Assembly: GCA_044229145.1 (NCBI GenBank) | Contig: JBGATO010000050.1 | Span: 1-28,236 of the forward strand | Source: Candidatus Eiseniibacteriota bacterium | GTDB lineage: Bacteria > Eisenbacteria > RBG-16-71-46 > CAZEPH01 | Length of the DNA: 28,236 nt | Direction of reading: 5' to 3' | In this document: one piece after another, positions 18,220 to 27,094 of the stretch | Position numbering within the stretch: position 1 is the stretch's first letter | How the letters are laid out: every line of letters starts with the position of its first letter | Notes under the pieces: generated by a model | Told to the model about the DNA's origin: nothing | Databases searched by the model: none | The model's input: only the letters and a program-made list of their open reading frames with translations | Made by a program: the position numbers and the translations under genes

Positions 18220-18499
18220 GGCGGCATTCTCCAGCGGGTCGTCCGGTGTTCCAGGTGGGCGGATCATCGGCGGCGCCAGGCGTCAGGGTCAAGGGATGCG
18301 GGGGGCCAGTGGGGGCCGTGGCCGCCAGGGGTTCGCGAGGGCTGCGGCGAGCTCGCCCGCGCGCCCGCGCGTGGCGGTTGCGGCGGTGGAGCTTGCGATC
18401 ACGCGCCGAGCGGCTCATGGTTCCGCGTGTCGTCGAATCTCGCCGCCCGGCGCGCGACCGGCGCGCCGGCGGTTTGCCCCTTGGAGGAAATCTCCCGTG

Positions 18500-18883
18500 A
18501 TGCGCCGATTCCTACTCGCCGGCTGCGCCGTGCTCGCCCTCGCGTGCGGAGCGGTTGGCTGTGCCAAGAAGTCCGAGACTGCGGCGACATCCGCCGCGCC
18601 CGCGGCCGATGCCAACGGCCCGCTCACGATCGCGATCGCCGTGGACTCCACCGGCTTCAATCCGTCGGAGGTCAAGGCGACCGCGGGCAAGCCGGTCACG
18701 CTGGTGTTCACGCGCAAGACGGAGCAAACATGCGCCACCTCGGTGGTGTTCCCGGATTTGAAGATCACCAAGGATCTGCCGATGAACACGCCGGTCGAGA
18801 TCACCTTCACCCCGGAGAAGTCCGGCGACATCAACTTCGCGTGCGGCATGAACATGATCACCGGAGTGGTCACGGTGCAGTAA
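18500..18883 (+). CDS. Cupredoxin-domain lipoprotein (CupA-like)
   Basis: GGAGG RBS and lipobox-like 'AVGC'. 'GFNPSEV..AGKPVTLVFTR...CATSVVFP...FTPEKSGDINFACGMNMITG'. Confidence 0.88.
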   Translation: MRRFLLAGCAVLALACGAVGCAKKSETAATSAAPAADANGPLTIAIAVDSTGFNPSEVKATAGKPVTLVFTRKTEQTCATSVVFPDLKITKDLPMNTPVEITFTPEKSGDINFACGMNMITGVVTVQ

Positions 18884-18909
18884 CCGGACGCCATCGTCCG
18901 GAAAACGAC

Positions 18910-18939
18910 ACGGCCCGGAGGATCGCTCCTCCGGGCCGT
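18910..18939. terminator. Bidirectional terminator between convergent lipoprotein genes
   Basis: ACGGCCCGGAGGA / TCCTCCGGGCCGT 13-bp stem flanked by AAAA and TTT. Confidence 0.7.
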
Positions 18940-18979
18940 CGGTTTCGCAGCCGGCGCCGTCCGGCGCCGCAAATCGTGG

Positions 18980-19555
18980 CTACTTCGCCAGCGCGTAGTA
19001 GCTCAGGTGGTTCAACGAGACGGTGAAGATCTTCGACGTCGAGTTGTCGGAGCCACCGATGTTCGTCCACGACGAGATCGACGGGTCGAACCACGCCGCG
19101 CTCAGGTTGCCGCCCGGTACGTAGTTCGACGACGCCGGGTCAGCCGACGTGCCGGTGTAGTTGAACTGCAGCGTCGCCGGCGTCGCGAAGGACAGGCCGG
19201 TCGGCTCCACCTGGAGCTGCATCTTGTCGACGTTGACTTCGTTCAGCGAGAAGACCGCCGCCGAGGACAGCGCGCCCGCCGGCACGGTGAGCGTAAAACG
19301 CCCCGTCGTCAGCGTGCCACCGCCCGGGCCAATCAGCTTCGCGGCGGTGCTCGGCGTGATCGGCGATTCATAACGCACGAACGTGATCGGCGTCGGCGTG
19401 ACATTTTGCACGATCGCCGGCTTGCCGGAGGTGTTCTGATCGACCACCGACGGAGCCTGCAAATTCGAGTCGACGCAGCCCGCGAGGGCCACGACGGCGA
19501 GGAGCCCGACCGCGGATCCCACCAGGGCGCGCGAGCTAAAGGTGTGTCGCTTCAT
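18980..19555 (-). CDS. Lipoprotein with ZU5-like domain
   Basis: GGAG RBS and lipobox LAGC. 'IGPGGGTL...LTVPAGAL...EPTGLSFATPATL...W...NHLSYYAL'. Confidence 0.8.
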   Translation of the reverse strand: MKRHTFSSRALVGSAVGLLAVVALAGCVDSNLQAPSVVDQNTSGKPAIVQNVTPTPITFVRYESPITPSTAAKLIGPGGGTLTTGRFTLTVPAGALSSAAVFSLNEVNVDKMQLQVEPTGLSFATPATLQFNYTGTSADPASSNYVPGGNLSAAWFDPSISSWTNIGGSDNSTSKIFTVSLNHLSYYALAK

Positions 19556-19685
19556 AGTGTTGTTCTCCAGTGCCTGCTTCTGGCCAGATGGCTCCCGCTT
19601 CTGCGACGAGCGATAGCGAACGCGGGCGGAAGGCGCGACGCTCAGAGCGTCGGCGCGCGAACCGCCCGCGCCGTACACCCGTGGT

Positions 19686-19701
19686 TGCAATGGCTGGGCC
19701 G
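19686..19701 (-). promoter_or_regulatory. Putative sigma54 -24/-12 promoter (CGGCCCAGCCATTGCA)
   Basis: GG-N10-GC spacing with TTGCA, about 130 nt upstream of the lipoprotein ATG. Confidence 0.4.
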
Positions 19702-19803
19702 GACAGCGGGCTGACCGCGCGAGCAAATTGCACGATCGCCGGGAGGCAACGTCGCCTCGGTGCGATGAGCCAGGGAGACCGAAGCCGCAGGGCGGTGGGC
19801 GCC

Positions 19804-21057
19804 CTAGGTCTTGCGTTCCTTCTTTTCCGCCGCCGGGAACAACACGTTGTTGAGGATGAGGCGATAGCCGGGCGAGTGCTTGTGCAGTGCGAGGTCGGTG
19901 GGCGGGTCGCCGATCATGTGCTGGTAGTCCTCAGGATCGTGTCCGCCATAGAACGTGAACGTGCCTTTGCCGTAGTTGCCGTGGATGTACTTCGCCTCGT
20001 CGGTGCCCTGCGTTTCGGCGAGGATGGTGACGCCGGGCTTGATGGTGGACTTGCGGAAACCGGTGGTCTGACCGAGAAAGCCGTGCACGGTGCCGGTGTG
20101 GTCCTGCGTCAACATCGTGGGCACCGGATCTTCCTTCGCACTGAAATCGAACAACGTGAAGAAGTCGTTGGCCTCGCCACGCTGCGTCGCCTCGTTCGAC
20201 GTATCGATGTTGGAGAACTCGTTGGTGATCGGGTTCATCTCCAGTTGGAAATCCTGGAACGCGAGACACTGCGTGAAGTCGAGTTTGCCCTGCGCTTGCG
20301 GATCGAAGCCGTCGCCGTCGTAGATGCGGTCGCACATGTCGACGTCGCCGTCGGCGAGCGCGATGTCGTAGCTGTCGGTCGCCGTGCACATGGCGAACAG
20401 GAATCCGCCGCCGGCCACGTACTGCTTCACGGTGCGCGCGACCGCGTGCTTCAACTGCCACACCTTGGCGAAGCCGAGACGGTGCGCGCGGGCCTCTTCG
20501 TCGGCTTGGTTCTTCTGGTACCAGTCGGTGGCCGCATAGTTGGCGTAGAACTTCCCGTACTGGCCGGTGAAGTCCTCGTGGTGCATGTGCAACCAGTCGA
20601 AGTTCTTGAGATCGCCGTTGAGCAGCTCGTCGTCGTAGATGCGGGTGTAGGGAATCTCGGCGTAGGTGAGCGCCAGCGCCACCGCGTCGTCCCACGGTTG
20701 GAAGGTCGGCGGCGCATAGACCGCCATGCGCGGTGCGGTCTCGAGGTGGATGACGTCCATGTTGTTCTGCTCGATCTGCGCGTGGATCTGCGCCACCTGG
20801 CCGCCGTCGACGGCTTCGAGCTTCACGCCGCGCAACGCGGCCTGCCGCACCGTCTCCTCCTCTTCCGGCAGCAGGAAGGCGCCGCCGCGATAGTTGAGCA
20901 GCCACTCGAGCCGCTGGCCTTGCTGCAGACACCAATACGCGAGGCCATAGGACTTGAGGTGATCGGTCTGCTGTTCGTCCATCGGAACGAGGAAGTCGGC
21001 GCGCGCGGCCGAGGCCAGCAGAAGTGCGGCGCACGCCGCGAGGGCGATCCGTCTCAC
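19804..21057 (-). CDS. Exported class-I glutamine-amidotransferase-like protein (family often labelled 'asparagine synthetase B' in FCB genomes)
   Basis: GTG 21057 overlaps the TPR stop. Signal peptide ending AARA. Family motifs 'PMD..QTDHLKSYG', 'WLLNYRGG', 'QPWDDAV', 'HHEDFTGQYGKF', 'GGFLFAMC', 'GGHDPED' and 'SPGYRLILNNVLFP'. Confidence 0.85.
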   Translation of the reverse strand: MRRIALAACAALLLASAARADFLVPMDEQQTDHLKSYGLAYWCLQQGQRLEWLLNYRGGAFLLPEEEETVRQAALRGVKLEAVDGGQVAQIHAQIEQNNMDVIHLETAPRMAVYAPPTFQPWDDAVALALTYAEIPYTRIYDDELLNGDLKNFDWLHMHHEDFTGQYGKFYANYAATDWYQKNQADEEARAHRLGFAKVWQLKHAVARTVKQYVAGGGFLFAMCTATDSYDIALADGDVDMCDRIYDGDGFDPQAQGKLDFTQCLAFQDFQLEMNPITNEFSNIDTSNEATQRGEANDFFTLFDFSAKEDPVPTMLTQDHTGTVHGFLGQTTGFRKSTIKPGVTILAETQGTDEAKYIHGNYGKGTFTFYGGHDPEDYQHMIGDPPTDLALHKHSPGYRLILNNVLFPAAEKKERKT

Positions 21058-23051
21058 GACGCCTTCCCCGCAGGGCGGCGCAACTTCTCCGCCTTGGCGC
21101 GCACGTCGGAGACGAACACGTTTGTCGGATACGCGAGCAGGAACCGCGTGTAGAGATCGAGGGCTTTGCTCGGCTGGCCGAGGCGCTCCGCGTAGATGGC
21201 CGCCTGGGCGCGCAGAGCGTCCGGCGCCTGGCGCGACTGCGGGAAGTTGTCGACGACGGCGGCGTAGGCGGCGGCGGCCTCGGCGGCACGCTGCTGGGCA
21301 AGCAACACATCGCCGATGCGCAGCGCCGCCAGCGGGGTCACCGGCGAGAGCGTGTCGCCAGCCGCCAGCGCGCGCAGGACGACGACGGCCGAATCGAAGC
21401 GCGCGGCGCGAATTTGCCGCTCCGCCGTCGCGTAACGAGCGAGGCCGGCGCCGTCGGGCTGGCATTCGGCGATGAGCAAGATGCGCTGGAGAGCGTCGTT
21501 GACGCTCGCGCCTTCGGGAAAGACGTCGGTGAGCGCGCGGTATTGCTCGGCGGCGTCCTTGTAGTTGCCGCCGAAGAAGGCCGCCTCGCCGAGGCCGAAC
21601 GCCGCGTGCTCGCGCGCGGTGCGGCTGGGCGAGGACTTGGCGATCTTCTCGTATTGCCCCTTCGCCTCCTCGAGCCGGCCGACCGCCAGGTAGCAGTCGG
21701 CGAGCGCGACGCGCGCCGCCTCGACCTGCCCCACCTTGCCGCTCGTCGGCGCCGCGATGACCTGCTCGTAGGCGGCGATCGCGGCATCAGGCCGGCCGCG
21801 CCGGAGCTCGAGCGCGCCGACGCGCAGCGGCGCGTCGTTGAGCGCGCCAATCACCGTCGAGCGCGACAACGCGCTGGCACCGTCGTCGTGTGCGCGCACC
21901 GAGTCCGCGAGCGCGACGACTTGACGATAGAGCGTCACCGCATCGTCCACGCGTCCCTGCGCATCCGCCTCGCGGGCCAAGATCCAGCGCGCCGCGACCG
22001 CATCCGCGGGCTTCAAGACGACGCTCATGCCCTGCCGCGCGGCGTTGCGCGCCGTGGTGGAATCGCCCGACTCTTGCGCCAACTGCGCCAGCATGATGAG
22101 CGCGGACGGCAGATCCGCGGTGCGCCGCGTGTCGCGATCGAGCTGCGTGGCGAAGGCGACCGCCGTTTCGCCGCGGTTCTGCACCAGCAGGACGCGCAGC
22201 GCCACGGTGCGCAGCGGGAGTTGATCCGGCAGCGTGCGGGCCAGCGTCAGCAACTCCGCGGTCACGGCGCCGCTGCGCGAACCCCCGGAACCCGGCTGCG
22301 TGCTCATCTTCGCCAGCGACACCAACTCTTCGCCGACCCAGCCGTCGACCGCACCGTTCTGCCGCAACATCTGCATGCAGTCGTCCATCGCCGCGTCGAG
22401 ACGGTTCGACGCCTTGTGCAGATTCTCGAGGTCCGCGGCGAACGCGGCGGGCTGACCGAGCGCGCGGCGACCGGCGGCGTACGTCTGCTCGGCGCCCTCG
22501 AAATCGCGTACCGACAGACGCTGGCCGGCGACCTCGCGATAGGTGATCTCGAGTTTGGGGCGCAGCGCCAGCATGGCGTCCCAGGTCTTGTCGGCGTCGG
22601 CTTTGTGGCCGCTGAGGAATTGCGCGCGGGCGAGCTGGCCGCGCAGATCCCACGCATCCATCTTGGCATCACTCAGGCGATCGCCGAGGAAACTCGCCGC
22701 CTCTTGGGCCCGCCCGTTTTGCAGAAGCGCATCGACGTACATGTGACACAGCTGCACGTCGGTGGGGTTTTCGTCGGCGAGTGTGCGGAGCGCGACCAGC
22801 CCGCTGTCGGTCTCACCCGCCGCGAGACGCGCCCGCGCCCGCGCGGCCCGGGCGAAGGTGCGCTGATCGAGCCCGCCGCGTTCCATCATCTGCACCGGCG
22901 TGCGCACCTGCGCCGGCAGGCTGTTGAGGATCGAGTCGCGCTGCGCCTTCGTGGGCTCCTGCGCGTTGACCAAGCGCGGCGCCGGCTGTGGCGCCGCATG
23001 CGCAACCGCCGCGAGGCACGCGAAGGCGATCGCCGCCGTCACCGTCCTCAC
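21054..23051 (-). CDS. Exported tetratricopeptide-repeat protein
   Basis: Signal peptide ending VAHA and many TPR-like helical pairs. CpoB/BamD-like C-terminus ('YAAVVDNFPQSRQAPDAL', 'FLLAYPTNVF'). GTGA overlaps at both ends. Confidence 0.88.
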   Translation of the reverse strand: MRTVTAAIAFACLAAVAHAAPQPAPRLVNAQEPTKAQRDSILNSLPAQVRTPVQMMERGGLDQRTFARAARARARLAAGETDSGLVALRTLADENPTDVQLCHMYVDALLQNGRAQEAASFLGDRLSDAKMDAWDLRGQLARAQFLSGHKADADKTWDAMLALRPKLEITYREVAGQRLSVRDFEGAEQTYAAGRRALGQPAAFAADLENLHKASNRLDAAMDDCMQMLRQNGAVDGWVGEELVSLAKMSTQPGSGGSRSGAVTAELLTLARTLPDQLPLRTVALRVLLVQNRGETAVAFATQLDRDTRRTADLPSALIMLAQLAQESGDSTTARNAARQGMSVVLKPADAVAARWILAREADAQGRVDDAVTLYRQVVALADSVRAHDDGASALSRSTVIGALNDAPLRVGALELRRGRPDAAIAAYEQVIAAPTSGKVGQVEAARVALADCYLAVGRLEEAKGQYEKIAKSSPSRTAREHAAFGLGEAAFFGGNYKDAAEQYRALTDVFPEGASVNDALQRILLIAECQPDGAGLARYATAERQIRAARFDSAVVVLRALAAGDTLSPVTPLAALRIGDVLLAQQRAAEAAAAYAAVVDNFPQSRQAPDALRAQAAIYAERLGQPSKALDLYTRFLLAYPTNVFVSDVRAKAEKLRRPAGKAS

Positions 23052-26000
23052 TTCGACGGCGCTCCCAGGAGCCGCAGGTACGCGTCGATGACGGCACGAT
23101 ACTCCGGCGGCACCGGGTCCGATTTCGCGCGCAGCATGTCGATGGTGATGCGGTTCTTCTCGCGCAGCGCCGCTGCCGGAATCGCGCCCGGCGATTGTGC
23201 ATTGACGTTGATGCCAGTTTGCGCGGTGCGCGTCTCCTTGAAGTCGCGCTTGTCCATCGCGCGCTGCGCGTCGAGCATGCGCGACAGGATCTTCTGCTGC
23301 CGCTGCGCGACCTCCGGCGTCAGCTTGCCGCTCTGCAGGTCGCGCTGCACCTGTTCCATCTGCTTGGCGATGTCACCGAGATTGCCGAGCTGGCTGCCGG
23401 TCTGTCCGGCGTCCTTGGCGAGATCCTGCATGCCCTGGCGAATCATCTCCTGTTGCGCCGCCATGCGTGCGAGCTGGCCCTGCTGCGACGGCGTCAAGCG
23501 CTGGCCGCTGCCCGGCATCATCTGCTGCGTCTCGGCGTTGAGCTGCGACTGCATCTGGCCGAGCGCGTTCAGCTTCTGCATCAGCGCCTTCGAGCCGCCG
23601 GGGTTTCCGCCGTTGCACTGCGAGTCCTTCGCCTTGAGCAACTGCGCGACCGCGGCGTTGAGCGCCGACGCCGACTCGCCCGCCTTGCGCTCGCCGCCGC
23701 TGCGATCGCCGCGCTCGAAGTTCTTCTGCGACTCGCCGCCGCTCTGCATCGACTTCCCGAGCGCGGCCGAGAGCTGCGGCGAAATGTACGGCGACTTCTG
23801 TGCGAGTTGCTGGAGCGTCTCGGCGATGCGTTGCGCTTCGTCGCCGAGTGTCGACTGCTGTTCGGCGAGATCTTGCGTCGTGGCGCCGGGATTCGGCTGC
23901 GACAGACGCTCCTCGCCCTGCGATACCTGCAACATGTCGCGCGCGAGATTCTCCATCGCCTTGCCGAGCGCGGCGTTCTCGGCGTCGTTCATCTTCTTCT
24001 GCGCCGCGCGCATGCCCTGCGCCATCTTGTTGAGTTGCTGCGCCGCCTGCTGCGCGCGCTTCTGCGCGCCGTTACTGTCGTTCTGCCGCATGAGGTCGGC
24101 GGCGCGGTCCATCGTCGATGGCGTCTGCTGTTCGGACATCTCCTGCTGCATCTGCTGCATGTCCTGCGACGCCTGCGGCGAGTCCTGCTTGATGTCCTCG
24201 GACAGCTGCTTCATCTCGTCCTGGGCCTTCTTGGCCTCGTCGGCGAGCTTCTTCTGCTGATCGGCCGCCTGCTGCTTCTCGTCCTTCGACGCCGCCTTCT
24301 TCATCTGATCGGCGACGTCTTGCTGCTGCTTGGCGAGATCTTCCATCTTCTGCGCCAGTGCGTCGACGCGCTCTTCGCGCTGAATCTTCTGCAGCAGCTT
24401 GATCGTGCGTTCGAGCGACTTGAGCAGATCCTGCTGGTTCTGCTGCAGGTTGTTCATCGCCTGCTGGATCTGCTGCTTGTCGAGCGCCTGCATCGCCTGC
24501 TGCAAGCGCTGGATCGCCTTCTTGAGTTCCTGGTTGTTGAGGCCCTGCACCAGCTTCTGCACTTCGGCGACCTTGTCGAGCAACTGCTGGTTGACCTCGG
24601 ACTGCTGCTGCATCTTGTCGAGCATCTTGCCGAGTTCTTCGGCCGTCTTGTCGAGTCCTTCGGCGATCTGCTGCTGCTGCGCGAGCGCGTCCTCGAGCGC
24701 CTTCTTGTCCTCCCACGAGGTGGACTGCGAGCCGCGTGCGTCGTTCGCCATCTTCTGCAAGTCCTGCTGCACCGACTTGCCTTGGTCGAGCAGCTGGCTC
24801 AGATCCTTCGCGCCTTCTTCGTGCTTGTCGGCGGCGCGCGCCATGAGATCGGCGAGGGTCGGGAAGGTGATCTTGCGCACCGCGCTGCGTGTGACCTGAC
24901 CGCCGCGCACCGCGTCGTTGTCCACCGCCTCGACGACGTAGAACAGGCTCTGGCCCGGCGCGAGGCCGAACGGCGCGAGGTTCCACTGCTCGGCGCGACG
25001 ATCCTCGCGCACGCCGCCGAGCGTGGCGATGACGCGGCGCGACTTCGCCGCCTCGGCGCCTTCCTTCCACGCCACCACGGCGATTTCGTGCAGACCGAAG
25101 TCGTCGGTGGCTTCGGTGGCGAGCGTGACGACGGGATCGCCGGCGAGTTGCATGTCGTCCTCGGGCGAGACGACGGCCAGGGTCGGCGGCGCGTCGGGCG
25201 TCGGCGCGATGGCGTACTGCGCATTGACGGTCTGCGATGGCGTGGGACGCGCGCTGCCGCGCGGCGCCACGACGATGCGATAGCGCGCCGCCTGCATCAA
25301 CCGCAGCGACCCGCTCACCGTCGCGCCGTCGCCGCTGACCCGCAGCGGCACGGGTGCAACGCCCGGCGTGTCGATCTGCAACTCCGCCGCGGCCACCGGC
25401 ACGCTGAGCCGGTAGCTGACGTCGGCACGCGTGCCCTCGAGGCCGCTGAGGTCGCCGGTGGTTTGATCCGCCTTCTCGGCCGGCAGGCCGCTGTAGGCGG
25501 GCGGCGTGTACTCGACGTGCGCGGCGAGCAATGTCGCCTCCGCCAGCACGCGCACCGTGAAGTCGCGACTGGCGAACTTGCCGAGCGCGACGTGATAGAC
25601 CGCATCCTGCTCGACGCGCGGCAACGTCGCGCCGAAGCCGTCCTTCGCCGCATGCATCGGCGTGGTGGTCCAGTCACCGCCGCGCGCGCGCACCCACAGC
25701 ACCGGCTCGCGGCGCGACGCGGCGAGCTTGAGCCCGGCCGGCGCATGCACCGTGGCGCGGATCGCCACCGGCGCCCCCGCCTTGACGCTGACGTCGCCCG
25801 GCTTCACGTCGAAGGTGATTTCGGGTTCGCGCACGTTGCCCGGCTGCGCGAGGTGCACGAGGGCCTTGCCAATGCCCTGCGGCGACAACAGCGTCGCGCC
25901 GGCCAACACCACCACCGCAGCCACCGCCGAGCGCACCGGCAACGCGCGAATCTGGCGCTGCGCCACGAGCCGCGGGTCCAGCTGCGCCACCGCGCGCGCC

Positions 26001-26406
26001 GCCTGGGCGATCGCCGCGTCGGCCAGCTCGGCCGAGGTGTGCGCGGAGGTTTCCGGCTGCCGCGCCAGATCGGCGGCCGGCGCCACCGCGCCCTTGAGCT
26101 GCGGCGCCAGCGCATCCACGTCCATCGCCGTGCGGCTGAGGCTTGGGCGCCCCGCCATCGGCCGGGCGACGCGCAGCACCAGCACGGCCAGGGCCGCCGC
26201 GGCCGCCAAGCCCGACAGCACGCGCGCCACCGCCGGCAGCGGGAACAACGCGCCCGCGATCGCCAGGAGCCCGCGATCGCCAGGACCAGAATCGCCACGC
26301 ACAGATCGCGCAACGCCGCCAGCGCCGAGCGCGCGGCGAGGCGCCGCACGACGTGATGGCGCATGGTCTGGAGATGGCTCAGGAGAGCGAGTCGGGGTGC
26401 GGACAT
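23048..26406 (-). pseudogene. DUF4175-family membrane-anchored coiled-coil protein, frameshifted as assembled (about 1113 aa if restored)
   Basis: N-terminal TM helices, Ig-like middle ('YTPPAYSGLP', 'PDAPPT', 'ATDDFGL', 'EAVDND..GG'), long Q/M/K-rich coiled coil and C-terminal 'PVPPEYRAVIDAYL'. The plausible N-terminus (ATG 26406) is out of frame with the body because of a 17-bp duplication. Confidence 0.8.
26252..26285. repeat. Exact 17-bp tandem duplication GCCCGCGATCGCCAGGA x2
   Basis: Copies at 26252-26268 and 26269-26285, read directly from the sequence. Confidence 0.95.
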
Positions 26407-26569
26407 CGGTGCTTGGATGCAGATCCCTTCGGATGGGTGGTCGAACGACGTGGCCCGCGTCGGAATATAGTAGTCGGCGTACGGCAGAGGCCGGCGCGTG
26501 CGGGGACACGAAACCGGATGTCCGTATCCCGAGAGTACCAGGCGCGTGCACACAGGGGCAATCGGCGCC

Positions 26570-27031
26570 CTACCGGCCCGGAAAGATCTCCCGTAGCGCC
26601 GCGCTGCGATAATCGAAGATCTGGTCGAGCATCCGCTGCACGAACAACGCGTGCGCTAGCCGCCCGAGCAGCCCGAACGGCATCTCGTATAGCACCTCGT
26701 CGCGCACCAGCGTGCCGCCCGCCACCGCCGCGAACGAGTGCCGGTGATCCCAGCGCTTGTACGGCCCGCGCAGCTGCACGTCGGAGAACGCGCGCGGCGG
26801 ATCCCAGGTCTCGATGAGCGTGCGCCAGGGCGTCGGGATGCCGGCGATGCGGATGCGGTAGTCGATCAGCGTCCCCGCGCCCATCGCGATCGGGTGCGGC
26901 GTGAGGATGACGAAGCCGGTGGTCGACGGCGTCAGCCGCTCGAGATTCCCGGCATCCGCGAAGAACGCGAACACCTCGTCGAGGGGCGCCGGCACGGTGA
27001 TTTCTCTGTGCAACGAATAGATGTGGGACAT
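26570..27031 (-). CDS. SRPBCC-family (START-like) protein
   Basis: 'VPAPLDEVFAFFADAGNLERLTP...GTLIDYRI...W...FSDVQLRGPYKRWDHRHSF...DEVLY..PFG.LG...IFDYR'. Confidence 0.92.
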   Translation of the reverse strand: MSHIYSLHREITVPAPLDEVFAFFADAGNLERLTPSTTGFVILTPHPIAMGAGTLIDYRIRIAGIPTPWRTLIETWDPPRAFSDVQLRGPYKRWDHRHSFAAVAGGTLVRDEVLYEMPFGLLGRLAHALFVQRMLDQIFDYRSAALREIFPGR

Positions 27032-27094
27032 GGCCTCGCCCGGCTCCGCGCTTGAATCCGCCGCGCGTCGCCGGGCGGCGGCGCGACGTCGCGG

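Noticed and set aside
19804..21057. Gene symbol asnB
   Set aside because: It lacks the Ntn N-terminal Cys and the PP-loop synthetase domain, and it has a signal peptide.
21024..26356. Long + strand ORFs (1078 aa and 1122 aa)
   Set aside because: Shadows of the TPR and DUF4175 genes. Their Leu- or Cys-rich runs mirror Gln/Lys codons on the coding strand.
26407..26551. ORF-track start at 26551 for the DUF4175 protein
   Set aside because: The extension is P/R/S-rich and lacks the first hydrophobic helix. The ATG 26406 frame plus removal of the duplication explains the sequence better.
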